DNA of 64,000 nucleotides from Acidobacteriota bacterium (GTDB taxonomy: Bacteria; Acidobacteriota; UBA890; WLXD01). Below, one piece after another: positions 29,857-41,155 of this stretch. The stretch is taken from contig CAXWPL010000002.1 in NCBI GenBank assembly GCA_963666215.2, positions 288,001-352,000 of the forward strand. Direction: 5' to 3'. Within the stretch, counting starts at the first letter, position 1. Every line of letters begins with the position of its first letter. The translations under genes and the position numbers were made by a program. A model generated the notes under the pieces. That model searched no databases. It had not been told where the DNA came from and saw nothing but the letters and a program-made list of their open reading frames with translations.

Positions 29857-31490
29857 CCGAGTCCCGACGCGTTCTGCTGATGATTCTCGATGGCTGGGGG
29901 CATGGCCCAGACGTTCCAGAGCTCGCCAACGCCGTCGCGGCGGCTCGCACGCCCACGCACGATCGTTTGAGGGCGGAGCGCCCGCACGTGCTGCTGCGTT
30001 GCTCTGGCGGTGACGTTGGCCTGCCTGACGGGCAGATGGGTAACTCCGAGGTCGGACACTTGAACCTGGGAGCGGGCCGGGTGGTCCAGCAGGACATCAC
30101 CCGCATCGACGCTTCTATAGAGAGCGGCGAACTGGGCGAGATCGAGGCTTTGCGCGGCCTTCTGAGCCGCACTGCCGCGGCCGGCGGCGCGCTGCATCTG
30201 ATCGGGCTGGTTTCCGACGGTGGTGTGCACAGCCACGTTTCGCACCTGCACGCGCTCCTCGAGGTTGCTTGCGAGTCGGCCGTCGAGCGCGTTCTGATTC
30301 ATGTAATCACCGACGGCCGCGATACGTCGCCGAACGCTGGCGCCGGATTCATCGCCGACCTGGAGAGCTGGTGCAAGCGGCGGTGCGCCGAGATCGCGAC
30401 CGTGACAGGTCGCTACTACGCCATGGATCGTGACAACCGGTGGGAGCGCACCGAGCGCGCCTACCGGTTGATTGTGGAGGGGGACCCACCTCCGAGCGTT
30501 GTCTTCGGCGTGGCCGGGGGAGAGTGCGCCTCTGCCTCTTCGATGTCAAAGCGGCCGAACCAGCTCTATTCCGACGGTGTCACCGACGAGTTCATCGAGC
30601 CCACGCTCTGGGGCGACGGCGGACGTCGCGGCGTCCGTACGGGCGACGGCGTGTTGTTCTTCAATTTCCGCTCCGACCGCATGCGGCAGTTCCTGCGTGC
30701 CATGACAGAGCCCGCTGCCGAATTCGACGGCTTCTCACGCGAGCCGCCGCGCACCGCCGGCTGCGTCACCATGACGCAGTACGCGCCCCACTTTCCGGTG
30801 GACGTTCTGTTCGAGCCGCGCGCGCGCGCCAACGTGCTGGCCGAGTTCATCGCAGCGCAGGGATGCCGGCAGTTCAAGATCGCCGAGACCGAGAAGTACG
30901 CCCACGTCACATACTTCTTCAACGGCGGCGCCGAGCCGCCATGTGATGGCGAGGACCGCGCGATGGTGCCTTCGCCGAAAGTGGCGACCTACGATCTGGC
31001 GCCGCGGATGTCCTGTGAGGGCGTCACCGATCGGCTAATGGTCGCCTTGGAAGATCTCGAGCATCTGGAGAATGCCAACGGTGACGCCTACCGCTTCCTG
31101 CTGGTGAACTACGCCAACCCCGACATGGTCGGCCACACGGGAGACTTCGACGCCGCAGTGGCCGCCGTAGAGGCCACCGACGAGTCACTCGCTCGCGTTC
31201 TGGCGTGCTGCGAGCGCAACGATGTTGTCGCGCTGGTCACCGCCGACCACGGCAATGCCGAGCAGATGCTCGACGCCGCCGGCGGTCCGCACACCGCGCA
31301 CACCACGAACCCTGTGGACTTCCTGCTCGTGGATCCGCGCCGCAGCTGGACCCTGGATGCCCACCGGTGCAACGACTATCGCCTCGCTGATGTGGCTCCG
31401 ACCGTTCTGCGGATCATGGGCTTCGAGCCGCCAGCCGAGATGGACGGCCGTTCGATAGCGGTGCTCGTCAGACGCGACCCCGATGCCTGA
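29853..31490 (+). CDS. gpmI: 2,3-bisphosphoglycerate-independent phosphoglycerate mutase
   Basis: ILDGWG, GQMGNSEVGH, GRYYAMDRD, AETEKYAHVT, NPDMVGHTG, TADHGN. Confidence 0.96.
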   Translation: MTESRRVLLMILDGWGHGPDVPELANAVAAARTPTHDRLRAERPHVLLRCSGGDVGLPDGQMGNSEVGHLNLGAGRVVQQDITRIDASIESGELGEIEALRGLLSRTAAAGGALHLIGLVSDGGVHSHVSHLHALLEVACESAVERVLIHVITDGRDTSPNAGAGFIADLESWCKRRCAEIATVTGRYYAMDRDNRWERTERAYRLIVEGDPPPSVVFGVAGGECASASSMSKRPNQLYSDGVTDEFIEPTLWGDGGRRGVRTGDGVLFFNFRSDRMRQFLRAMTEPAAEFDGFSREPPRTAGCVTMTQYAPHFPVDVLFEPRARANVLAEFIAAQGCRQFKIAETEKYAHVTYFFNGGAEPPCDGEDRAMVPSPKVATYDLAPRMSCEGVTDRLMVALEDLEHLENANGDAYRFLLVNYANPDMVGHTGDFDAAVAAVEATDESLARVLACCERNDVVALVTADHGNAEQMLDAAGGPHTAHTTNPVDFLLVDPRRSWTLDAHRCNDYRLADVAPTVLRIMGFEPPAEMDGRSIAVLVRRDPDA

Positions 31491-32148
31491 CGCGCTCGAG
31501 ATCCTCGGGCGTATTCACGTTGCACAGCAGCTCGTCCGGGTCGCCGAATGCTGCCAGCCGGGCGCCCTCGAGTGCCGCGCAGTCGACATCGTCGAGAAGG
31601 CCCTGCAGGTCGTTGGCGCCGCGATCGAGGCGTTCGCGCAGCTGCGGTAGCACCGCGGCGGAGTAGGCAGCGACGAGCGGGTGCCAACGTCGTTGGCTGC
31701 GTCGGCCCCGCACCGCGCCTGCGCCGGCAGGACCTCCCCGTGGAGTCCGTGGAGTCGGGAGAGTCCGTGATGTCCGCGGCGCGGCGGCGCGGGCGCCACC
31801 ACGGACGTCGTCCACTAACTGCCGTAGCAGCGGCGCGGTTACCAGCGGCAGGTCGACCGCGCAAACCACCACAATCGCGGCTCCCCCAGCCGTCTGCCCT
31901 GCGGCGGCCTCGGCGAGCGCGACCTCCAAGCCGGCGGCCGGCCCGGCTTGCCGAGTATCGCGAAGAACGGGCCAGTCGAGCCATGCGAGACCAGTGCCGC
32001 CCGTCTGGACCACCTGTACAAGCCGATCTGCGACCCGCGCCAGAACACGCGCCGGCCGCATTGCGAGAGGGCTGCGGTCAACCTCTAGATTCGCCTTGTC
32101 GACGCCCATCCGGCGGCTGCGACCGCCCGCGAGCAGTGCGCCCAGCAC
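31468..32148 (-). CDS. mobA: Molybdenum cofactor guanylyltransferase
   Basis: LLAGGRSRRMGVDKA, GPAAGL, AVDLP, HPLVAAY, NVNTPED; start estimated at GTG 32148. Confidence 0.85.
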   Translation of the reverse strand: MLGALLAGGRSRRMGVDKANLEVDRSPLAMRPARVLARVADRLVQVVQTGGTGLAWLDWPVLRDTRQAGPAAGLEVALAEAAAGQTAGGAAIVVVCAVDLPLVTAPLLRQLVDDVRGGARAAAPRTSRTLPTPRTPRGGPAGAGAVRGRRSQRRWHPLVAAYSAAVLPQLRERLDRGANDLQGLLDDVDCAALEGARLAAFGDPDELLCNVNTPEDLERVRHRGRV

Positions 32149-32166
32149 GTCGGTAGACTGCTCCGA

Positions 32167-33339
32167 ATGATCCGCAAGACCCGTCTCGTCACGCCCGGCC
32201 CGGCGCCTGTCCATCCCGCCGCGATCGCCGCCGCCGTGGAGCCGCTGCCGCACCATCGGACGGCCGAGTTCAAGCGGCGGTTTCTGGCGATCCAAGCGGG
32301 TTTGCAGGCCGCGTTCCGCACCGCTGGACCCGTGGCGGTGATCGCGTCGTCGGGTACCGGGGCGATGGAGGCCTGCCTGGTGAACCTGTTCGCGCCGGGC
32401 GATCGTCTGCTGGTGCTGTCGGCCGGCAAGTTCAGCGGCCGCTGGGCGGAGATCGCCGAGGCGTTCGGAATACGTGCACATGTGGTCAGCATAGCCGCGG
32501 GCGAGCCGTTCGGTGCTGAGGACGTCGCCGAGGCGGTAGCCGCCCGCACGCCGATCGCCGGTCTGCTGATGACGGCGTCAGAGACCTCGACCGGTGCCGC
32601 GTTCGATGTTCCGGGCGCGGCCGCGGCGGCGCGCCGTGTGATTCCCGACGTTGCCGTTGTTGTGGATGCCATCACCGGTATCGGTGCGATGCCGATCCAT
32701 ACCGACGAATGGGAGCTCGACGCCGTCTGTGGCGGCTCACAAAAGGCCTTCATGGTTCCGCCCGGCCTTGGCTTCGTGGCCTGCTCGCCACGCGGCTGGG
32801 AGCGTGTTGCCGAGAGTCGTGGCAAGCCTCGCTATTATATGGATCTGCGCAAGTACCGCGACGGGGCTTCTGAGGGTCAAACACCGTTCACGCCCGCCAC
32901 GGGGCTGCTGTTGCAGCTCGAGGCGGCACTCGCCGCGCTCGCGGAGGCTGGTGGCATTGGGGCGCTCGAGCGCAACGCTCAGCGGCTGGCGGGTGCGACG
33001 CTCGCGGCGGCCGAGGCGCTCGGGTTGGAGCTGCTGTCGCCCACGACGCCGAGCCCAGCCGTGACCGCGATTCGTGCTCCGCGGTCGGGCGTAGCGCCGG
33101 AGATCGTGGAGCGCATGCGTGACAAGCACGGCATTCAGATCGCCGGTGGCCAGGGTGACCTCAAGCCCGACATCTTCCGCATTGGCCACATAGGCTATCT
33201 CGACGAGTTCGACCTTCTGGGCACGATCGCGGCACTCGAGCGCGTGCTCGTTTCGATGGGCTTCCCGAGCCAAGCGGGGGGCGGGGTGGCCGCCGCCTCG
33301 GCGGCTCTCGATTCCAGCGCAAGCTTCACAGCCGACTGA
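32167..33339 (+). CDS. Class V PLP aminotransferase (alanine-glyoxylate/serine-pyruvate/phosphoserine type)
   Basis: TPGP, SSGTGAMEA, ETSTG, VVDAI, GSQKAFMVPPGL, FRIGHIG. Confidence 0.92.
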   Translation: MIRKTRLVTPGPAPVHPAAIAAAVEPLPHHRTAEFKRRFLAIQAGLQAAFRTAGPVAVIASSGTGAMEACLVNLFAPGDRLLVLSAGKFSGRWAEIAEAFGIRAHVVSIAAGEPFGAEDVAEAVAARTPIAGLLMTASETSTGAAFDVPGAAAAARRVIPDVAVVVDAITGIGAMPIHTDEWELDAVCGGSQKAFMVPPGLGFVACSPRGWERVAESRGKPRYYMDLRKYRDGASEGQTPFTPATGLLLQLEAALAALAEAGGIGALERNAQRLAGATLAAAEALGLELLSPTTPSPAVTAIRAPRSGVAPEIVERMRDKHGIQIAGGQGDLKPDIFRIGHIGYLDEFDLLGTIAALERVLVSMGFPSQAGGGVAAASAALDSSASFTAD

Positions 33340-33349
33340 TTCACCCCGG

Positions 33350-34993
33350 ATGAGTCAACGCGTTCTCGTTTGCGGTCGCCTGCCGGACGCCGGCCGAGAC
33401 CACTTCGAGAGCGCCGGGCTCGAGGTCGACCACCAGCCCGATCGCGGCGCCGGTAGCCTTGCCGACATCATCGAGCCGTACGCCGGGGTGATCATCCACT
33501 CGCCGCATCAGGTCGACGTGGCCGCGCTCGCGGCCGGCTCGAATTTGCGCGTCGTGGGCCGCGCCGGCGTCGGTGTTGACAATATCGACGTCGACGCCGC
33601 CACGCGCCATGGCGTGCTGGTGATGAATCTGCCGTGGGGTAACACCGTGACCGCGGCCGAGCACACGATTGCCATGATGATGGCTCTGGCACGCAACATC
33701 CCTCAGGCCTCGGCGGCCCTGCGGCAAGGCACCTGGGAACGCGGGCGCTATCTGGGCACCGAGATCAAGGACAAGACGCTCGGCATCGTCGGGCTCGGGC
33801 GTATTGGCAGGGAGGTCGCGCGGCGCGCCCGAGGCATGGAGATGCGGGTGCTCGGGGTTGACCCGATCCTCAGTCCGTCGGTTGCCGCCGACCTCGGCAT
33901 CGAGCTGCTGGAGCTCAACGAGCTGCTGCCGCGGGTTGATTTTCTGACGCTGCATGTTCCGCGTACCCCCGAGACGGTCGGATTGATCGGCGAAGAAGCC
34001 CTTGCTGCCGTGAAGCCGGGCGCTCGCATCATCAATTGCGCTCGCGGCGGGCTGATTGACGAGGCGGCGTTGCTCGCGGCGCTCGAGAGCGGCCACGTCG
34101 CCGGCGCCGCCTGCGATGTCTTCGCCACCGAGCCCACCGACAACACCGACCTTCTGGCGCACGAGCGCTTCATCGGCACGCCGCACCTGGGCGGCGCCAC
34201 GCACGAGGCCCGCCGGCGAGTGGGTGAGGGGATCTGCCAGCAGGTCGCCGACTTTCTGTCTTCCGGAAAGATCCGGCACGCCGTTAACGTGCGAGCTCTG
34301 CCTCCGGAGGACCAGCAGAAAATGCTGCCCTACCTGGCGCTCGGCGAGCGCCTAGGCAGCTTCATCGGGCAATGCTTCAGCGGCATCGACTCTCTGGAGA
34401 TCGAGACACTGGGCGAGATCAACGCCTACACGCTGCGGCCAGTGGTGTCGCGCATCGTCGAAGGGCTGCTGCGAACCCGCACGGACGCAGGCGAGAGGGG
34501 CGGCGACTTCGAGCGCGTCAACGTCGTCAACGCCATGGCGCTGGCTCGCGACCACGGCCTGCGTGTTGAGCATCGCCGACGTGACGGCGACTCCGGGTAC
34601 TCGAGCCTGGTGCGCGTCACGGCCCACGCCGAGAGCGGCGTGCACACGGCGGCCGGTACCGTGTTCGAGCACGGCGGTGGTGATGTCGCTGACGCCGAGC
34701 CGCAGCTGCGCTTCGTGCAGATCGAGGACCTCCCCATTGAGCTGGCCCCCGCCGGCCATCTCGTTGTTCTCGCCAACGACGACCGCCCCGGCGTGATCGG
34801 CATGCTCGGCGCCTTCCTCGCCGAGCGCGCCATCAACATCGCCGACATGCGTCTCGGCCGCGACGCCGAGGGCGGCCAGGCCATCGCCGCGGTGACCGTG
34901 GATCAGCCGCTGTCGCTGGCCGACCGCGACGAGCTCGCCTCGCGCCCAGGAATTCGCTGGCTCCGGGCGGTCTCGTTCGGCGCCGCTTCCTAA
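33350..34993 (+). CDS. serA: D-3-phosphoglycerate dehydrogenase (long type with ACT domain)
   Basis: [29 protein letters not shown] and C-terminal DRPGVIG. Confidence 0.95.
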   Translation: MSQRVLVCGRLPDAGRDHFESAGLEVDHQPDRGAGSLADIIEPYAGVIIHSPHQVDVAALAAGSNLRVVGRAGVGVDNIDVDAATRHGVLVMNLPWGNTVTAAEHTIAMMMALARNIPQASAALRQGTWERGRYLGTEIKDKTLGIVGLGRIGREVARRARGMEMRVLGVDPILSPSVAADLGIELLELNELLPRVDFLTLHVPRTPETVGLIGEEALAAVKPGARIINCARGGLIDEAALLAALESGHVAGAACDVFATEPTDNTDLLAHERFIGTPHLGGATHEARRRVGEGICQQVADFLSSGKIRHAVNVRALPPEDQQKMLPYLALGERLGSFIGQCFSGIDSLEIETLGEINAYTLRPVVSRIVEGLLRTRTDAGERGGDFERVNVVNAMALARDHGLRVEHRRRDGDSGYSSLVRVTAHAESGVHTAAGTVFEHGGGDVADAEPQLRFVQIEDLPIELAPAGHLVVLANDDRPGVIGMLGAFLAERAINIADMRLGRDAEGGQAIAAVTVDQPLSLADRDELASRPGIRWLRAVSFGAAS

Positions 34994-35134
34994 CGAGGTG
35001 AGCACCGCTACCCTGGCGCGGTGGAGGCCACCCAGGTGGCGTCGCGTGCTCGACCTGGCGAACCGGGACCGTGAGCGTTTTACAATCGCGACTTTCACGG
35101 AACGACGCACGACTCTGGAGGGGGTTGAGAACGG

Positions 35135-37354
35135 ATGACCAGCACTCGCGATTCGGTGCACATCGGCAATCTCGAGATCAACCGTTTGCTCTACGAACTC
35201 GTCCGCGACGAGGTTGCCCCGGGCACGGGTCTCGAACCCGACGCGGTATGGAGCGAGCTCGCCGGCATCGTCGCCGCGCTGGGCCCCAAAAACCGATCGC
35301 TGCTGGATGCACGGAACGTGATTCAGAGCCGGATCGACGCCTGGCATCGCGAACGCGCTGGTCGGTCTGAGCCGCTCGACGCCGTTGAGTATCGCGACTT
35401 CCTCGTCGAGATCGGGTATCTGGTGACGGAGGGCGACTCGTTTTCCGTTTCTACGACCGGCGTCGATCCTGAGATCGCGTCGATTGCCGGGCCGCAGCTC
35501 GTCGTCCCTGTCGATAACGCCCGCTACGCGCTCAACGCCACCAACGCGCGCTGGGGAAGCCTCTACGACGCGCTCTACGGCACGAACGTGATTTCCGAGG
35601 ATGACGGCGCCGCGAAGGGCTCGACCTACAACCCCGTTCGCGGTGCTCGGGTGGTTGCCTACGCCAAGCGCTTTCTCGACGAAGCCGTGCCCCTCGCTTC
35701 CTCGAGCTCGCCGTCCGCCAGGGCCAGCTACTCCGACGTTGTCGGCTTCGCACTACGGTCGGGCCCTCGCTTGACCGTCGAGCTCGCCGGCGGCGGGCAG
35801 AGCGAGCTTGCCGACGCTTCGCAGTTCGCCGGCTACACGACCGCCGCGGGGACAGCGGAATCTGAGCAGGCCTCGATCCTGCGGTGTAACAACGGCCTGC
35901 ATCTCGAGATCCAGATCGATCGCGACCATCCCGTGGGCGCGAAGGACGTCGTGCTCGAGAGCGCCGTCACCACCATCCAGGATTGCGAGGACTCGGTCGC
36001 GGCGGTCGACGCCGCCGACAAGGTGGGTGTGTATCGCAACTGGCTCGGAATCATGAAGGGCACGCTCGAGGCAACCTTCACGAAGGGCGGCCGCGAGGTG
36101 ACCCGGCGGCTGGGCTCCGATCGGGTGTATCACGATCCGTTGAGCGCAGACGGAGGCGAGCTGACCCTGCGGGGTCGTAGCCTCCTGCTCGTCCGCAACG
36201 TCGGGATCCACATGCACACCGATGCGGTGACCTTCGCCGGCGAGCCGATTCCGGAGGGCTTTCTCGACGCGCTGATCACCTCGTTCGGCCGCGACGGCGA
36301 CGATGGTGTTCGCAATAGCCGTGTTGGCAGCGTCTACATCGTCAAGCCGAAGCTGCATGGTCCGGCAGAGGTGGCGGCAACGGTGGAGCTGTTCGCGAGC
36401 ATCGAGCAGGCGCTCGGATTGCCAGAGCTGACGCTGAAGATCGGCATCATGGACGAGGAGCGCCGCACTACCGTCAATCTCGCGGAGTGCATCCGAGCCG
36501 CGGCGAATCGGGTGATTTTCATCAACACCGGCTTCCTCGATTGCACCGGCGACGAGATCCACTCCAGCATGGAGGCCGGCCTGATGATTCCGAAGCCGGC
36601 CATCAAGAACAGCGCCTGGATGCTTGCCTACGAGGACTGGAACGTCGACATCGGCATCGAGTGTGGTCTGCCCGGTAGGGCGCAGATCGGCAAAGGCATG
36701 TGGGCCGCGCCCGACGAGATGAAGGCGATGGTCGACACCAAACAAGCGCACCCCGAGGCCGGTGCCAACACCGCCTGGGTACCGTCGCCTACCGCCGCGA
36801 CTCTGCATGCCATGCACTACCACCGCGTGAAGGTGGCCGAATCTCAGGCTCGGCTGGCCGATCGTGGGCGCGCCGATCTGGGCGCCATTCTCACGCCGCC
36901 GCTACTGGAAGGTCGACAGCTCTCTTCCGAGGAAATCGCCACCGAGCTCGACAACAACGCGCAGGGCATTCTCGGCTACGTCGTCCGTTGGGTGGGGCAG
37001 GGGATCGGCTGTTCGAAAGTGCCCGACTTCAGCGACGTGGGACTCATGGAAGACCGCGCGACCCTCCGCATCTCGAGCCAGCACATCGCCAACTGGTTGC
37101 ACCACAGTATGGTCACGAAAGACCAGGTGCTTGGCTCTTCCAGGCGAATGGCGGCGGTCGTTGATCGGCAGAATGCCGGCGACCCGCTCTACTCGGCCAT
37201 GGCCGCCGACTTCGACGCGTCGATCGAGTTCCAGGCCGCCCTCGATCTCGTCTTCAAGGGCCGCGACGAGCCCAACGGATACACCGAGACGGTTCTGCAC
37301 GCGCGGCGCCGTGAGGCGAAGGGAGCCAGCGCAGGTGAGCCCGCAGCTGCCTAG
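35135..37354 (+). CDS. glcB: Malate synthase G
   Basis: [54 protein letters not shown]. Confidence 0.95.
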   Translation: MTSTRDSVHIGNLEINRLLYELVRDEVAPGTGLEPDAVWSELAGIVAALGPKNRSLLDARNVIQSRIDAWHRERAGRSEPLDAVEYRDFLVEIGYLVTEGDSFSVSTTGVDPEIASIAGPQLVVPVDNARYALNATNARWGSLYDALYGTNVISEDDGAAKGSTYNPVRGARVVAYAKRFLDEAVPLASSSSPSARASYSDVVGFALRSGPRLTVELAGGGQSELADASQFAGYTTAAGTAESEQASILRCNNGLHLEIQIDRDHPVGAKDVVLESAVTTIQDCEDSVAAVDAADKVGVYRNWLGIMKGTLEATFTKGGREVTRRLGSDRVYHDPLSADGGELTLRGRSLLLVRNVGIHMHTDAVTFAGEPIPEGFLDALITSFGRDGDDGVRNSRVGSVYIVKPKLHGPAEVAATVELFASIEQALGLPELTLKIGIMDEERRTTVNLAECIRAAANRVIFINTGFLDCTGDEIHSSMEAGLMIPKPAIKNSAWMLAYEDWNVDIGIECGLPGRAQIGKGMWAAPDEMKAMVDTKQAHPEAGANTAWVPSPTAATLHAMHYHRVKVAESQARLADRGRADLGAILTPPLLEGRQLSSEEIATELDNNAQGILGYVVRWVGQGIGCSKVPDFSDVGLMEDRATLRISSQHIANWLHHSMVTKDQVLGSSRRMAAVVDRQNAGDPLYSAMAADFDASIEFQAALDLVFKGRDEPNGYTETVLHARRREAKGASAGEPAAA

Positions 37355-37490
37355 CCGATTACCTGGCCAACGCGTGTTCGGCTCAGCGGATCTCGGCGAG
37401 GCCTAGATTCGACGGATCTATCGCCATGGAGATTCCCGACGCACTTCGCCTTCAGGTTGTCTCGGCTCAGACTGCGCTCTCGACGGTCTC

Positions 37491-37886
37491 TTGGTGATGC
37501 TGGAGTTTCGCGGGGGGACGGTGTTTCCCTGCAAGATCGTCTTTCCCAAGACCGACGCGAGTGGCCAGGCTGTCGTGACGAAAGCCGAGTTCCTCGGGCA
37601 GTTCTCCGACCGCCTGGAGGTGGGGCACGGCGGTTCCGTCAACGATCTCTTCTCGATCGCGACGGTGATGTTCTACTACCCGGCCGTTCTCATCGACGAT
37701 CGCGATGCGGTGCTATCGATGCCGCTGTTGGGTCACGAGAAAACGCAGTGGGTCACTCGGCAGGAATGGTTCGATTACCACACCTCGTGTCGGAATCTCG
37801 AGTTCTGGGCCGGCGACTCGAGTGTCAACCTGGCGCTCACGAGCACGGTGACTCTTTCCGTCGAGCCGCGTGCGGTACCCACGTAG
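37491..37886 (+). CDS. Hypothetical protein (true start may be ATG 37426 via a frameshift)
   Basis: Coding-like 131-aa ORF with no recognised family. Confidence 0.45.
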   Translation: MVMLEFRGGTVFPCKIVFPKTDASGQAVVTKAEFLGQFSDRLEVGHGGSVNDLFSIATVMFYYPAVLIDDRDAVLSMPLLGHEKTQWVTRQEWFDYHTSCRNLEFWAGDSSVNLALTSTVTLSVEPRAVPT

Positions 37887-38030
37887 GGCCCGGGCTGGCG
37901 TGCCTTATCATCGGGTCGCAGCGCGACCCTCTCGGCCTTGTTGTGCCCTGCTTGTGTACCGCCCCAGGTATCGCCATCGCCGAGGCAGCCGAGCCGAACG
38001 CCACGTTCGCGAACGTCACAGAGGAATGCC

Positions 38031-38810
38031 ATGACCCACTGGATCCGCTTCGAGCGCAACGGTGCGACAGCGTTCGGGACCCTCGCCGACGGCCAGATCG
38101 CCGTGCACGAAGGCGACATGTTCAGCGAGCCGCGCGCCACTGACGACGCCGTGCCCCTCGACGCCGTCACCGTGCTGATTCCGTGCGAGCCGACAAAGAT
38201 GATCGGCCTGTGGAACAACCTCGGTGCTGCTGCCGAGAAGAACGGCTGGGCCACTCCGGAAGAGCCCCTGTATTTCTTCAAGCCGCCGTCGTGTTTCTTG
38301 CCGCACAAGGGCGAGATCGTCCGCCCCGCGTCCTACGACGGCCGCTTGTTCTACGAGGGTGAGCTCGGTGTCGTCATTGGCCGCCGCCGCAAGGACGTCT
38401 CGGCAGCCGACGTCGACGACTGCATCTTCGGCCACGCGTGCGTGAATGACGTGACGGCTTTCCAGCTCATCGATGTGGACACGTCGTACGCCCAGTGGTG
38501 CCGCGCCAAGAGCTTCGACACCTTCGGGGTTTTTGGCCCGGTCATCGCGACGGGTCTCGACCCGCATTCGCTGCAAGTGAAAACCCACGTCAAGGGCCGC
38601 ACCCGCCAGGACTACCCGGTCAGCGACATGTTCTTCTCGCCTCAGGAGCTGGTGCAGCGCATCTCCCGCGACATGACGCTCGAGGCCGGCGACATCATCA
38701 CCTGCGGCACCTCTACCGGCGTCTTACCGATGCGCCCAGGCGCGACCGTCGAGGTCGAGATCGACGGCATCGGAACGCTTTCGAACACGCTCGCGAAGCC
38801 CGACGGGTAG
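38031..38810 (+). CDS. Fumarylacetoacetate hydrolase family protein
   Basis: FFKPP, YEGELGVVIG, NDVTA, AKSFDTF, GDIITCGT. Confidence 0.92.
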   Translation: MTHWIRFERNGATAFGTLADGQIAVHEGDMFSEPRATDDAVPLDAVTVLIPCEPTKMIGLWNNLGAAAEKNGWATPEEPLYFFKPPSCFLPHKGEIVRPASYDGRLFYEGELGVVIGRRRKDVSAADVDDCIFGHACVNDVTAFQLIDVDTSYAQWCRAKSFDTFGVFGPVIATGLDPHSLQVKTHVKGRTRQDYPVSDMFFSPQELVQRISRDMTLEAGDIITCGTSTGVLPMRPGATVEVEIDGIGTLSNTLAKPDG

Positions 38811-38860
38811 ACATCGGGAGTCGACACCGGCCGTCTGAAACTTCGGCAGTTGCCCGACCA

Positions 38861-39265
38861 CTAATAGTGGATGAGCTGCAGCTCGGGAACGCGTTCGAAG
38901 TTTTTCGCGTTGCGTGTGATCAAAGCCGAGCTTTCTATGACGGCGCACGTGGCGATAAGAAGATCCATGGTTCCGATCGTTTCCCCCCGCCGCCGCATTG
39001 CGGCGCGAAGTCGGCCGTAGGTGGGCGGGAAAGCCTCGGTGATGGGTACCACCTGGAGGCTGGCGAGGATGTTATTGACCACTGCGAGCTCCGCGGCGAG
39101 GCGATGTGAGAGCTCCACGCCAACCTGCATCTCACAGGCAACGAAGACGGAGACCCAGAGGTCCTCGTGGCGCAATTCCTCCAGCTTCAGGGAGGCAGGA
39201 CCGGACTCGACGCCGTGAGCCTCGCGGCAAAGATCCACAACGAAGGTGCTGTCGAGATGGATCAC
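38861..39265 (-). CDS. vapC: VapC PIN-domain toxin
   Basis: IHLDST, DLLIA and TRNAKNFERVP; GTGA overlap with the antitoxin stop. Confidence 0.9.
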   Translation of the reverse strand: MIHLDSTFVVDLCREAHGVESGPASLKLEELRHEDLWVSVFVACEMQVGVELSHRLAAELAVVNNILASLQVVPITEAFPPTYGRLRAAMRRRGETIGTMDLLIATCAVIESSALITRNAKNFERVPELQLIHY

Positions 39266-39495
39266 AGCTCCGTGATGGGCGCCGGGTCGTCGCGCCGCGC
39301 CGCGATCTCTCGGTCGATGGAGTCGAGTACGTCCTCGCTGATCGTGACGCGCTCGAGGACCGCGAGCAGATCCGCACCCGTGCGCACACGGCCGAAGTGC
39401 TCCTTGATGACTTGCGAGAACGACTGCCCAGGACGTTTGTGGCGCGCCAGCGTCTCGTAGGCTTCCATGTCGATCGTGATGGTCTTTACTGCCAT
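39262..39495 (-). CDS. vapB: VapB antitoxin (DUF217-like)
   Basis: MAVKTITIDMEAYETLARHKRPGQSFSQVI, directly upstream of the PIN toxin. Confidence 0.88.
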   Translation of the reverse strand: MAVKTITIDMEAYETLARHKRPGQSFSQVIKEHFGRVRTGADLLAVLERVTISEDVLDSIDREIAARRDDPAPITEL

Positions 39496-39513
39496 GCACT
39501 TATCATGCACTTA
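39493..39513. promoter_or_regulatory. Putative vapBC operator (direct repeat CATGCACTTA x2)
   Basis: 10-mer at 39493-39502 and 39504-39513, overlapping the start codon. Confidence 0.5.
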
Positions 39514-39591
39514 CTCGAGGAGAGCGGCAAGAAACAAGGAAAGACGCCGGCGGATATCGTGTTCCGCCACCTCTATCTGACGGCCACGCGT

Positions 39592-39620
39592 TTGCCGGTT
39601 TCCGGGCCTCATGATAGCTT
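39592..39620 (+). promoter_or_regulatory. Sigma70-like promoter TTGCCG-N17-TAGCTT for icd-mdh-ndk
   Basis: 17-bp spacer with an extended -10 TG. Confidence 0.4.
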
Positions 39621-39898
39621 CGGGCCTGTTCTTCAGGGCGTTTTTTTGGAGCCCTTCGACGGCCGTATAACGGCGTCGCCTCAACGACCTCGTACGACCC
39701 TCTGTCGGCCGCTCTGCGCCAAACGTGAACAGGAATCGCGCGCAGGGTCGCGGGACCGCATCGCTCGCTGCCGGGGAAAATCGCGATCTTCGGGTCCTCG
39801 GACCTTCGGGGCCTCAGACGGACGACAACTCCGAGCTCAACAGTTCTCAGACCTCACGGCTGAACCGCAAAAGCGGCGAGATACCGAAAGAAAACGCC

Positions 39899-41155
39899 AT
39901 GTCCGACTTCTACACCGCGCCCGCCGAAGGCGAGAAGATTACCGTCGACAGTGACGGCAACCTCGTTGTTCCGGATCACCCGATCATCTGCTGGCTCGAG
40001 GGCGACGGCATTGGTGCCGACATCTGGGTTGCCACGCACGCGGTGATCGCGGGCGCCGTCGAGAAGGCGTACGGTGGCTCGCGCAAGATCGCATGGATGG
40101 AGGTTCTCGCGGGCGAGAAGGCGCACGAGAACGTCGACGACTGGCTGCCACAGCGCACGCTCGACACCATCATGGAGCACCTGGTGTCGATCAAGGGGCC
40201 CATGACAACGCCGATTGGCGGCGGCATCCGCAGCATCAACGTCGCGCTGCGCCAGTTGATGAATCTGTATGCCTGCGTCCGCCCGGTGAAGTACTACAAG
40301 GGCACGCCGTCGCCCGTCCGCGCTCCCGAGAAGATGGACATGATCATATTCCGCGAGAACACCGAGGACGTGTACTCCGGCATCGAGTGGGAATCAGGCA
40401 CTCCCGAAGCCGAGAAGGTTGCTGACTTCCTGCGCAATGAAATGGGCGTGAAGGACAAGATCCGGCCGCTCGCGGGCATTGGCATCAAGCCCATGTCGCC
40501 CGAAGGCTCGAAGAACCTCATCCGCAAGGCCATTCGTTACGCCATCGAGCACGGCCGCGACACGGTGACCCTGATGCACAAGGGCAACATCATGAAGTTC
40601 ACCGAGGGCGCCTTCCGCGGCTGGGGCTACGAGCTCGCCAAGGAGGAATTCGCCGATCAGACGATCAGCGAGGACGAGCTCTGGGACGACCACGGCGGCA
40701 AGCGCCCCGAAGGCAAGGTGGTGATTCGCGATCGCATTGCCGACTCGATGTTCCAGCAGATTCTCATTCGGCCCGATGAGTACGGCGTGATCGCCACGTC
40801 CAACCTCAATGGCGACTACATCTCCGACGCCTGCGCCGCGCAGGTTGGTGGCCTGGGCATCGCGCCCGGCGCCAACATCGGCGACCACGTGGCGCTGTTC
40901 GAGCCCACGCACGGCACGGCGCCGAAGTACGCCGGCCAGGACAAGGTCAACCCGTCGTCGCTGATCCTGTCGGCCGTGATGATGCTCGACTACATTGGCT
41001 GGAATGAGGCCGGCCGGTTGATCGAGGAGGCTCTAGAAAGAGCCCTGTTCGACAAGACCGTTACCTATGATCTGGAGCGCCAGATGGAAGGCGCCACCCT
41101 TCTGAGCTGCTCGGCCTACGGCGAACAGCTTGTAAAGAACATGGATTCTCTATAG
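39899..41155 (+). CDS. icd: NADP-dependent isocitrate dehydrogenase
   Basis: [55 protein letters not shown]. Confidence 0.96.
   Translation: MSDFYTAPAEGEKITVDSDGNLVVPDHPIICWLEGDGIGADIWVATHAVIAGAVEKAYGGSRKIAWMEVLAGEKAHENVDDWLPQRTLDTIMEHLVSIKGPMTTPIGGGIRSINVALRQLMNLYACVRPVKYYKGTPSPVRAPEKMDMIIFRENTEDVYSGIEWESGTPEAEKVADFLRNEMGVKDKIRPLAGIGIKPMSPEGSKNLIRKAIRYAIEHGRDTVTLMHKGNIMKFTEGAFRGWGYELAKEEFADQTISEDELWDDHGGKRPEGKVVIRDRIADSMFQQILIRPDEYGVIATSNLNGDYISDACAAQVGGLGIAPGANIGDHVALFEPTHGTAPKYAGQDKVNPSSLILSAVMMLDYIGWNEAGRLIEEALERALFDKTVTYDLERQMEGATLLSCSAYGEQLVKNMDSL

Noticed and set aside
41030-41155. icd 3' end as a prophage attachment site (e14-like)
   Set aside because: Codons are slightly atypical, but there is no duplicated icd end or integrase and mdh follows normally.
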